Part shown: positions 45,540 through 56,326 of the stretch, one piece after another | Layout: each line of letters opens with the position of its first letter | Position numbering within the stretch: the stretch's first letter is position 1 | Assembly: GCA_004431415.1 (NCBI GenBank) | Contig: QPMI01000684.1 | Span: 9,517 to 73,516 of the forward strand | Direction: 5' to 3' | Source of the DNA: Cyanophora paradoxa CCMP329 | Lineage: Eukaryota; Plantae; Glaucophyta | DNA: 64,000 nt | Position numbers and translations under genes: made by a program | Notes under the pieces: generated by a model | Databases searched by the model: none | What the model was told of the DNA's origin: nothing | The model's input: only the letters and a program-made list of their open reading frames with translations

Positions 45540-47866
45540 TTAATATTCAACATCCTCTCCATTGTCTTCTTGAACCCTTGTTATCTTTCGAAGTCCAATG
45601 TAGCCCCTTGCTCTGGTTCCCTGAATTCGTTTAACCTCTGATTTCACATTGAAGATTTCCCTTACTCTCTTCATCACAGAAACACATTCAACTTTATCAT
45701 CGACACTTCTGTATGATTTGTAAATGATATCACTCGAAACAAAGTCGTTTGCATTATGGGTAACTTCGAAATTATCCCTAAGCCATTCACCAATCTTATC
45801 ATTTTCAGCTATAAAGTTTATTCCCTGTTCAATAATCGATTGAGGGGGATTTCTTAAGATCTCTTCAACCTCTTTGTTCTTCCACATATCCAGTAATATC
45901 TTCATGTGAGCCATCTTATACTCATCATCATTGTGTAGAAGTGTGAACAGTGTTGGGTCAGCTTTCTTCTGACCAGCTTCAGGCTTCTCTCTGAATATAT
46001 TATTGAATCTCTGGTATGAAAGTCTTCTTTGAATTGCAAAGTCTGGTTTATTTATAGTCAAATTGTCATTAGTTGTAATGTAAACCTGGAACATTGGAGT
46101 GAGGATTACTGGGTCTTTGAACAAGGCTCTCACAGTCATTTCATTTCCACCTGTGACCTCCTTAATTTTGGAGATCTGCAGTTTATCACCATCTTCAGCC
46201 TCATTACTGAATACAAGTCGCTTTCCAAGGAGTTTGGCAAGTTCAGGAGTAGCATCTGATGAGTTCTTTTTAGGTTTGGTCCAATAGGATATTTCGAGAG
46301 GGCTATAATAAGCCCCTGAAATCTGTTTGCAGTATTCCTGAACAAGTGATTTACCATTTGCCCCAGCACCAGTCCACATGTAGAACTTCTGTGATTTTGT
46401 TGATCCACTGAGGGCAATTGCAATAGATGCCAGAAGGTAGTTTCGCTCTGCTGGATCATCTACAATCTCTCTATAAATCTGATTGAGATGGTCTACTTTC
46501 TTGGGGTCTACATTCTCAGTATAATCATAACCCACACTCTTGCTCACCATATCTTCCAGTTTCCCCTTTCTGAAAGTCATAGTTGTCAGATCAAATACAC
46601 CATTATCGAATCCAATTACATATGGAACTGTATCAATCTTTTCATAGAATTCATCATCATTCAGCAGAGGGAGCAGATCAGTCAGAAGGGATTTGCGATA
46701 TCCTGATTGTTTAAGATTTTTGGCAATAGAAATTAATGTTTTCGATTTCTCTTCGAAAGCTGTTCTATTCTCTTCATCCTTCAAAGCTCTTTGGCTATAA
46801 TGCACAGCCCTGCCAAGGTATTGAGGGACAACAAGGCAACTTATGTCTAGGTAAATCTTTTGGTTTGTGTCATCATGCTCCCAAATCCCAGTATCAGTAT
46901 TGAGTTTGAACCATGACTTTTTGGAGTATCTCCAAGTATGTTGTAGTACCTCTTTGCACACAAGACTGACATCATAATGAGCGCCTCCAGAACCAGCGGA
47001 CTTATCAATGAGATTGAAGATATCAGATTGCATTCCAATGAAGATAAATCGTTTTTTGCAATTGCCACTGTAGCTGGACACAATATACTTTTTATCTTCT
47101 CCTTTGGCTTTCATAACATACCAGTTATTCGATTCATGGGACCCATTGCAGCATGGGCAATTAAGTCCCTTATTAGCAGCATCAAAGTTAAAGCCCAGTT
47201 CAGTTTGAGAGATTATATTGGATGCATAAAGCCCATATCCACCAGCTCTTTAAGAATACTCTTTTCCAATGCATCATGTGAGGTAGCATTAGCAGTATAC
47301 TCACTCTTATAGATATAGTTCTCTGCAATCCACTTTTTAAACTCATCAGTAGGCTCATTGAAATCACAGGTATCATCCCATGGAGCAATTACCCAGGTCT
47401 TGTTGACACTGGGACAAACATTAATTAATCCAGAAGTTCCAGTTCCAGTGATTGTTTTCAGGTCAACCTTTTCAAAGCCTTTAAAGCCTGGAGCCTTATC
47501 GGTGATTTTGAGTTTAGTGAACTCCTCAGGTCGTTTAAAGTAGACATGATAGCCTTTTTTAGTTTTTGCCATGGGCTGATTGGCATCAAAGTCATCAGGA
47601 AACATATCCCGGAATTTCTCAAAGTTCTCCTCATCATCAAAGTCAATAACCATCATGTTGTCTGAGAGCAGAATGCCCCAAGATACATACTGATTAGTTG
47701 CCAGCGCTTCCTCATACTTTTCCCAGGACCAAGCACCTCCCTTATGCTTGAAAACTGGGTCTTTGCTGTCAGGTTTCACTGGGATAATCATGTTTTTGGC
47801 GAGTTCCTCATCAGAACGAAGCCAGTTAGCGAGCGATTTGATTAACTTGGTCTGTTTGGCGTTCAT
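45540..47866 (-). CDS. Prim-Pol primase + Zn finger + D5-like SF3 helicase; one gene split by a frameshift near 47215
   Basis: 47213..47866 has GILL...VIDFD and T.KGYHVYF; the helicase frame stays open upstream of 47114 through CPCCNGSHESNN; Walker A GAGANGKS, GKRLV..NE, IKE.TGG, RRL...F...F. Confidence 0.9.
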
Positions 47867-47884
47867 TTTCAGCGATTGGGGGTC

Positions 47885-47923
47885 CCTTTTATATATATAG
47901 AAGATTTTTCTTTAAGTAGTTTT
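47885..47923 (-). promoter_or_regulatory. Conserved upstream motif AAAACTACTTAAAGA-N-TATATATAAAAG (putative early promoter); copies at 48349-48384 and 49212-49250
   Basis: Near-identical 39-bp motif before the ATGs at 47866 and 49208, with a variant before 48333. Confidence 0.7.
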
Positions 47924-48078
47924 GGGTCCCCCAATCATTTTTGTTGGAAATCGAGAAAGTATCCCTACGAAATTTATCCACATGATATATCGAGTGGTTC
48001 AGATACAAAAAGGATGAATTGGTATTTCAGCGAATAAACAGCATATCCCCAGCCTAGTAATATGCTGGGAAAAATAAT

Positions 48079-48333
48079 TTAGACATGTTTCGATTTTCTC
48101 CCTCTGTTTGAGTAAGGGACATCATACAAATATTTGACAAAGCAGACTGCATTGGCTGCATACTTTCGCTGACATGAACTTGCTATTTTCATGGCTCTAT
48201 AGGTATCATCGGTTTGATATAGATCTCTTAGCTGTGTGGCTATTTTTTCGTTAAACTTTTTGATTTGAGCCTTACCTTTTTCAGTTTGCTGGTACCTCTT
48301 CATAGCTCTCTTCTGGGCTTCACTGAGTGGCAT
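48079..48333 (-). CDS. Small basic hypothetical protein
   Basis: MPLSEAQKRAMKRYQQTEKGK; preceded by the shared motif. Confidence 0.65.
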   Translation of the reverse strand: MPLSEAQKRAMKRYQQTEKGKAQIKKFNEKIATQLRDLYQTDDTYRAMKIASSCQRKYAANAVCFVKYLYDVPYSNRGRKSKHV

Positions 48334-48389
48334 TTTTCCTCTGTCTCTCTTAATATATATAGAGAATTCTTTAAATCATTTTTTGTTCT

Positions 48390-49208
48390 TTAACCTCTCT
48401 GTCCAAATCTCTCAATATACATAAGTTTGAAATGCTTACCTAGCAATGCTACAAATGGTTCGATTTCCAAGGTCTCCCATGTTTTCTTGTCCTTATTCCA
48501 TCTGCAATCTAATCCTTTTGCGATATCTTTTTTAAGAAAAGGCACCTGAAACCCAGCAACCAATGTGTTTGTTGTACTGAGTTCTGCATACATTTCAATC
48601 AATGCAGATCTACCCTCTCTGAACCTCTCTATATCATCTCTGCGAAGATTATCCATTTTTGGAATGAACTGGTTGCACCAAATCAGGAAAAGATTAACTG
48701 CATGTCTATTCCTTGCTCTTTCTTGTTCTAATTCTCTCTGCCTTCGCTCTCTTTCTTCTAATTCAAGTTGTTTCTTTCGCTCCTCTGCTTCTTTCTGGAT
48801 TTGCTTTTTTCTTTCCAATTCCTCCTCCTTTATGATAATCCTGCACTTATTGCAGAAATTATCCTTACGGTTTTTATGTCGATCTCCGCATTTCTTGCAT
48901 ATATCTTCCCTCCTTGCACCATTTGGCATAAATCGTTTAATGCAGCAGTTGCCAACAAGAACCACAATCTTTTTATCCACATGCAAGATGTAGCATTGTT
49001 CTTCAATATGATGCTTGCAAGCACAGCTGTTTGAGTGTGGAGGAAGGCTTTCGTGAGTCAAATCATACTTTGCAAGTTTCAAATACAAAGAGTTCATATA
49101 TTTGCTTCTCCCCAAAGCGACAAAGTCTTTAAAGTTATTAGATCCACAAAGAAACATTAATGTAGCCTTCAAGCGTTCCAGAGAAGATGTTGCTTTGTTC
49201 TCTGCCAT
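48390..49208 (-). CDS. Zn-binding protein with coiled coil and C-terminal DUF5710-like domain
   Basis: CACKH.I...C.I...VG.CCIKRF; C..CG..H.NRKDNFC..C; VPF..KD.AK....RW....K.W. Confidence 0.7.
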   Translation of the reverse strand: MAENKATSSLERLKATLMFLCGSNNFKDFVALGRSKYMNSLYLKLAKYDLTHESLPPHSNSCACKHHIEEQCYILHVDKKIVVLVGNCCIKRFMPNGARREDICKKCGDRHKNRKDNFCNKCRIIIKEEELERKKQIQKEAEERKKQLELEERERRQRELEQERARNRHAVNLFLIWCNQFIPKMDNLRRDDIERFREGRSALIEMYAELSTTNTLVAGFQVPFLKKDIAKGLDCRWNKDKKTWETLEIEPFVALLGKHFKLMYIERFGQRG

Positions 49209-49319
49209 TGTCCTTTTATATATATAGAAGATATTTCTTTAAGTAGTTTTCATCAAATTTTTGCGTTCGGAATATCCCCATTTAAAACCTCCCCTTTTAG
49301 TAGGAACAAGTTAGGAACT

Positions 49320-52300
49320 ATGCCCCGAATTAGCAACAGACTCATTAGAGAGAAGAAATGGGAACTCATGGGATTACTGGGAACACTGTATGCAGCCCAT
49401 GAAATTACAGAGGCTGAATATGACCGGGAAATCGGATTTATTTCAAGGGGCAGACCCACTTTAGCGAAATTAACCAGAAAAGCCAATAACCTCTATGATA
49501 AAGTTGAAACTCTTGATGAACTCGATCGCCTGAGGCAAATAGAACCAGAGGCAGAAGATGGTACAGCAATGAATGAATTATATCGCTGGCTCACTTACAG
49601 AGCCAGAAGGGAAGTTGTTGTTGATGTGATTGAATATTTAGATAGAATTGCAACCTCTCTACCAAAACGTTTAAGAGACAGTCTAGATCAATTCAGGGCA
49701 ATCAAAGTTCGCTTATCGTTTATCTGCAAGTTCGTAAAAGTCAGCAATCCACAGGTTTGGATATCGAAATACATTTACAGCGATTATTTTGTATTAACCA
49801 AATCGAGAAATATTCGAACTGAGCTGAATAAAGCAGCCCAAATGTGTCAGGAGCAGATGAATGTTGTTGATAGCTATCGATTGGAGAGAATCGAAATGCT
49901 CAGAGTTGCTATTATGAGTTATGCCCCAACTGGTGGTTGCTATGTTAAAACACCTGATTCAATTGCAGCCAAGAGAGCCACAGTGAATATTCGAAATATT
50001 GATGATTCTTGCTTCGAAAATGCAGTTTTGGCATGGATCCATAGGAAAGATGTGAATTCCCACAAGAGAAGTGAGCTAACACAATATCGCAAATGGAAAT
50101 ACTCACCAACTACATACAATCCTCTGGCTCTCAATTTCGATAACATCCCATTCCCTGTTCCCTGTGATGCTGAAATCATTGATAAATTCGAATCTCAAAA
50201 TGCAGGCATCAGCATAAACATATTTGGAATGGATCGAGATGTTATATATCCCCTACATCAATCCAGCAACCCAGGCAGAAAGCAAAAGATTAATCTCATG
50301 CTCATTCATGATGATGAAGGGAATGGTCACTATATTACAATCATGTCCCTTTCAAGACTTCTCAGAGTTGCCCTTGATAAAACCAAGGATCAAAAGTTAC
50401 ACTACTGTGACACATGCTTATCTCGATTCAGGTCTGAGGCTAAACTCACTGCTCATGTGGACTCAAACAGATGCATTGATTGGAGACTCTCAAAGGGAAT
50501 CACTCCTAAGCCTGAGACCACCATAGAGTTTGGACTGAAAAACCTCAGGAAAACTGTGTGGCTTCCTGTTGTGGTATACTGCAAGATTGAACATAGAAGC
50601 ATCCCCATTGATGCATCAAAATCCAAGAGAGAAGTCTCAGCAGTCAACATAAGAATAGTCACTGGGGCAGATGTTCAAGATTTTCGATTTGAGGGGCAGG
50701 ATCCAATGGGAGGTCTGTTTGAATGCTTGGAGTCCAAAGCAAGAGAACTAATCGATTTCCTGTTTACCAATATTCCCATGAATGAACTCACAGATGAGCA
50801 GAAAGCAATTTACAAGGCTACTAAACACTGTTACCTTTGCAGTGAGAGGTTCACTAAGGAAAACTTCAAATGCAGGGATCATGATCATCACACAGGCAAT
50901 TATATTGCTCCTGCATGCAGAAACTGTAATCTACATAGGAGAATCTCAAAGCAAACCAAAGTTGCAGTTGTTGTTGACCAAATGGATGAATGTGGGACAT
51001 TCATTTTCAGAAAAATAGCAGGCATGGGTGATAAAAAGCGAATCGAAATCCTTTCGAAAAACTTTGATCAATACCTTTCATTGCAATGGGGTCTTTACAA
51101 GTTCATTGATGCAAGTAATTTTATGGACTTTGGGGCTGCTGATGTAGATGACTTAATGGACAAATTCCAAGCCTTCAGAAGGCTTTCACACTCAGTATAT
51201 GGATTGGACCCAGTTCATTATGTATCTGCACCTGGGTTATCTTGGGATGCTATGCTTAGGACCACCAAGGCAAAAATAGAGCTTATAAGTGATGTAGAGC
51301 AATACGAATTTGTTGAGAGGGAATCAGGGGTGGCTTTGCAACAATGCCTTGTAGGTATGCTGAGGCTGATGGTGAGAACTCCCATATTATGCTGTTTGAT
51401 GCTAACAACTTGTATGGCTACTGCTTGAGTCAGCCTATTCCAGTTGGTGATTTTAGATGGGAGACCGAATTCAACCCACAAGATAACAGATCCAGTTTCC
51501 TGGAAGTTGATCTGGATTACCCAATTAGGCTGTTTCTAGATCACAGTGATTTCCCCCTAATTATAAACAAGAAAATAGTAGAATATGCAGAATTATCACA
51601 ATATCAAAAGAGCCTATTGGATCTCTCAGGAGAAGAGCTTGATAAGACCCCTAAGCTAACTGCAACCTTTGGTTCTGTGACAAACTATGTGATTTCTGAG
51701 CCTCTTCTACAGTATATTCTGACCAAAGGTGTGAAACTAAAGAAGTTCACAGGGTCCTATCATTTACTGTGGCTCCTGTAATGAAACCCTACATTGAGCT
51801 GAACACTGATATGAGAAGGAAAGCAGTGAATAAATTCGAGGCTGATTTCTATAAACTCATGAATAACTCAATCTATGGGAAATGCATTGAATCATGTAGA
51901 GGTAGATCTGTGGTTAAGATTGCCAACAGTGAGAAACTGTTTATGAAATATGCAGCCTCTCCTTTAGTGAAATCAACAAGTCCCATAAGTGAAAGGGCAG
52001 TTGCCTTTGAGTTTTACACAAAGCATGTGAAGCTAGATAAGCCTGTTGCAATTGGGGCTTATGTTTTGGATGCAGCCAAACTGCATAATTACAAGTTCTT
52101 CTATGATACTGTAGGTCCCAGTGGTCCAAAGCCAAGTTACTATTCCATGATACTGATTCCTTTTGTCTATACATCGAATCTAAGACCCTTGAAAAGATAT
52201 AGAGAATATATCCTATGCATTAGACCTTGGAGGGATTCAAGAATGACCCCAGGTAAATACAAAAATGAGATGCCAGGTTCTGCTATATTGGAGTATGTAG

Positions 52301-52560
52301 GTCTGAGAGCCAAAGTTTACAGTTTCAGAACTGCTGAGATTGAGAGAAGTAAGCTATCTGGGACTTCCACTGAGGAACTCCAATTCAATGATTTTAAGGA
52401 GTGTTTATTTGCAGGTATCAGCAAGACTGTGACTGCAAAGCAGAAAAGAAGGGCAGATCACACAATAATAGATACTGTGAGTAGAAGGGTTGCCCTAAAC
52501 TGCTTTGATGCAAAGAGATACATCTTACCAGATGGTATTAATTCTGTTCCTTTTAATTAA
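49320..52560 (+). pseudogene. Polinton-type protein-primed DNA polymerase B with EndoVII-like insert; about four frameshifts (real or consensus errors)
   Basis: C.LC..RDHDH.TG....AC..CNL; LDP.HY.SAPGLSWDAML; motif A DANNLYG; motif B KLMNNSIYGK; motif C HDTDS in a shifted frame at 52146-52160; PG..K.E, VGLR.K.YS, DAKRY. Confidence 0.9.
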
Positions 52561-52563
52561 GAG

Positions 52564-53948
52564 ATGCCAGCAACTGGAAGAATAGTAAGGAGAACCACTG
52601 AGCAACTGCAAGGTAACCTACTGCCTATCACAGTTCCAAAGGAGGAAAAAGGGGAATCTCGAATTGTCAAAAAGTCTGAGATGAAAGAGCTTGTCCCAGT
52701 AGAGATCCCAGTTGCTATTGCAGTGAAAGAAACTAGCAAGATTGCCAAGAGATTCTATGATGTGAGAACTGGTTACAAAGGGCTTCAAGCTATGAGGGCT
52801 GAGTTACCAGATGAATCCTATAAGCAGTTGCAAGAGTTCTATAAAAAACAGGAAGTTGTTCAGATCAATGCACCTGCTATATCTAGGAAGAGAGATCCCA
52901 TGGTTCCAATAAGGCAACCCCTTGATACCTATGTGATTGATTTGCTCTTTTTCCCAGCTTATAAGAAACAAAACAATGGCTATGATACCTTTATGACTGC
53001 AATGGAATCAACACTGAGAACTGGGTATATCATACCAATAAGAGATAAATCAGCTCTCACTACATTGGCTGCATTTAAACAGCTTGAGATGAGAGTAGCA
53101 AGACCCATAGTAAAGGTTCAATCAGATGCTGGGAGTGAATTCCAAAATCGAATATTCCAGGAGTATTTATCTAGTAAATACATAGAACACCAAGTGAGTG
53201 GAACTGCAGACCATAGGAGCCAAGGTCGAATTGAAGCCTTTAACAAGCAGATTAAGAGATTGATCACAAACTACTGCATTGCAATAATACAGCTAGATTC
53301 TTTGATGTGTTAGGTGATATTGAGTATAATTACAATAATACAGTTCACTCAGCTACTAAGATGAAGCCAGGTGAAACTACAGAGGAGCATTATAGGTATA
53401 TAGTAGGATTAGAAGATGAAAGATTCAAGAAATCAATAGCTTATCTTGATACCATGCAGCCTGGCATGTTTGTTAGAGTGAAAGTGGAGAAGAATCCCTT
53501 TGCTAAACAGGGTAACAATTGGTCTAGGATGGTTTACACTGTTGATAGTAGAGAAGGCTTTAAGTTTAAGCTAAAGAGTCCCACTGGAGAGATCATAGAT
53601 AACAGGTTTGCTTTCCATGAGCTGTTGCCTGTGAATGCAGTTGAGTATCTGGAAACCCCTACAGTAGATGCCTTAGAGCAAGCTAAAGAGGAAGCTAGGG
53701 TTGATGCTGCTATAAGAAGAGAGGGCATAGAAGCTGCTAATGAAGTCCCAGATAAGCCTTTGATAGAGGCTAGAAAGGAGAAGGCTGGCAAAGTTAACAG
53801 GGAACTCAAAAAGCTCACTATAGCAGGAACACAGAAACTTTCAGAAGTGAATAGCCAGAGATGGTATAATGACTTTCAGACTACTAAGGAGTCATATACA
53901 GCCCCTAAACCTCAAAGAACACTAAGAGAAAGGACCAAAACTAGCTAG
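52564..53948 (+). pseudogene. Retroviral-like (rve, DDE) integrase of Polinton type; one frameshift near 53283
   Basis: IDL, QSDAGSEF, IEAFNK.IK (D,D,E); continues YN.TVHSA..MKP and an SH3-like G..VRV...K..F.K...NWS..+Y.V; no chromodomain seen. Confidence 0.9.
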
Positions 53949-54427
53949 TTTGCTAGGCGAAAACTCGTTTTTTCCAAATATATGTATGACTGATATACAT
54001 ATATGCATATGATATACACATTGTCTTGTAGATCTTTTCAAGCGCTTCACAGCGATATGCAGAACGTTGCGATTTGATAATCTGGTGATGAGATACAAGC
54101 GTTTGAAGATGCCGATTATCGATTTTTCGAGATTTCGGAATGATGCATCATAATGATGTAATAATGATGTATCATAAACACATAACATATATATATCGCC
54201 GTGATCGTCATGATCTCCCGAGTTCGATGGTGTGTCATATATATCATATACATATGCATCGTCATTATGACATCATTTCGTAACATAACACGTCCGTCAT
54301 CGTCTTTTTTCCGCAGCGAACAGATAAGTGAACAGTTAACGAGACAACTATTGTAATAGTGTACTGCAACAACAATTGAAAACAAGATATGCGGGAAAGC
54401 TATTGAAAGACAATGAAGCAAATTGCG

Positions 54428-54526
54428 AACAATTAAGTGAACAGTTAAGTGGACACCTGTTGGGAGTAGGCAGTGTCTACTCGTTTATCGTGAAACGGTG
54501 TCCACTTAACTGTTCATTTAACTGTT
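54428..54526. repeat. Hairpin with 30-bp arms and a nested small stem
   Basis: AACAATTAAGTGAACAGTTAAGTGGACACC pairs with GGTGTCCACTTAACTGTTCATTTAACTGTT (2 mismatches); inner GAGTAGGC..GTCTACTC. Confidence 0.85.
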
Positions 54527-54701
54527 GACGAAAACCCATGCATTATGACATCATATCATTAAACCACATACAAAACACTAAAATGCATGTATCTCTTCAC
54601 CAACTCATCATGTGACAAAACCAAAAACAGATTCGGAATCCTCTTAACGAGGCCTGCCTGACGATGTAAGTATCATAGGCTCAATAATTCATATGTTTAT
54701 A

Positions 54702-55763
54702 AGCATCTCCCTTGATTCCCCCTATTATATAATATTTATATTAAAGTGGACTCAAGGTTGACTCATATTAATCGATAGTATAATGGATTTTGTTACGAAT
54801 TCAATGCAAGGGTTGACTAAGTGGGTTGAGTTGACTCAAATTTCACAGGAAATAACAATGAATCAGAGTATAAAATGCATTTTTTGAATCAACTACACCA
54901 ACTAACACTGAGATTTTCACAATATAAGAGGTCCTTACTGAATATGGTATGTGTCACAGGTGTCACAGGTTTATCCCAAAGTTTCTCCTATAAAGAGTGA
55001 ATTTTCAAAAGTTTGGGATGGACCTGTGACACCTGTGACACTCGATTAAATCATTTATTCATTTAATTAGAAATACATAGATAAGATTATTACTGAGTTT
55101 TTCATTATAAAAGAGATCCTTACTAAATATGGTATGTGTCACAGGTGTCACAGGTTTATCCCAAAGTTTCTCCTATAAAGAGTGAATTTTCAAAAGTTTG
55201 GGATGGACCTGTGACACCTGTGACACCCAATTATTTCAAAAATCCTAAGGGTCCCCCCTTAGACTCAATAAAACAATGATAAAATCATATAAGTTTCATG
55301 TATAATTACGATTGGATTCAATAAGAGATCTATTTGTTTTATTAAACAAATGAATCATTTATGGATCTTAATCGAGTTAAGCGATATATTTCCGATTAAA
55401 TGAATTAAATTTAATTAAATTTAATCGAGAAAGTACATGAATATAATATCGATTAAATCAATTAACTTTTAGACCAATCACACATAGTAAAATGCGGAGT
55501 TTTAACCAGAGGCAAGATCTAATTGAGATTCAGTTATATTATTCGGAAATATATACAGATTATCGATAGACTCAGTAAGACTAATCGGAAAATAAGAGAA
55601 ATTTACGATAAAATATCGAAAAGAATACAAAATAATCGAAATAAATGAATATTCGATAAGATATACACAGATTATCGATTGATTGAAATAGAATATACGA
55701 GATATATCAACAAAATCAATTAAGATTAAGCCGAGGGTTAAAACTCCGCATTTTACTATGTGT
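54702..55763 (-). repeat. Right TIR (~1.06 kb)
   Basis: Ends ...CCGCATTTTACTATGTGT, the reverse complement of 27844 onward. Confidence 0.95.
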
Positions 55764-56326
55764 CGGGGCCGAGCGCTGGGCGGCTGGAGCTGGGGGGCCT
55801 GGCGCCGCTCCCTCAGTCGGGCGGGTTCCAGGAGATGCGCTCGGGGCAGAGCACGCCCTCCGACCTCTCCAGCGCAGCCTCCCTCGCCGTCCGCCCGCAA
55901 CCCGCCGCCCAGGCCCTCTCAGGCCTCACGCGCCGTCCGGCGCAGGACGGCGAGTCGGGCTCGTGCTCGGGGACGACGCGAGCCCGCGGCCGCGCGCGGC
56001 GCGCTAGTAGTCGCCTCCGCCTCCACCGGAGGCGCCCTCGTCGCCCCCGGCTTCGACCCGAGGCGCGCCCGCCCCGCGCCGCCCGGCCGCCCGCCCCGTC
56101 CCGCCTGATGCGGGCTCCTGGTCCGCAGCCTCCACCCTGGGCCCTTCCCGCGTTCTGCGTGCGCTCCCTTGGCTTTCCCCCCGCGCCGCGTCGCCTGACC
56201 GGGCCCGACCGACCGGGCGCGGGCCGGCAGACGGCGCCGCCCCGGCGAGGACGACCTCTCCTGGATTTCGGCCGAGTGCGCCGCGCGGCCTCCGCCCCGC
56301 GGGAGAGCCGGCGCCGCTGACGCCGG

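Larger units (their letters stand above)
27844..55763. mobile_element. Endogenous Polinton-like virus (27,920 bp)
   Basis: Sharp GC-rich to AT-rich switch; intronless dense ORFs; TIRs starting ACACATAGTAAAATGCGG; MCP, two pentons, A32 ATPase, pPolB, D5 helicase, rve integrase. Confidence 0.95.
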
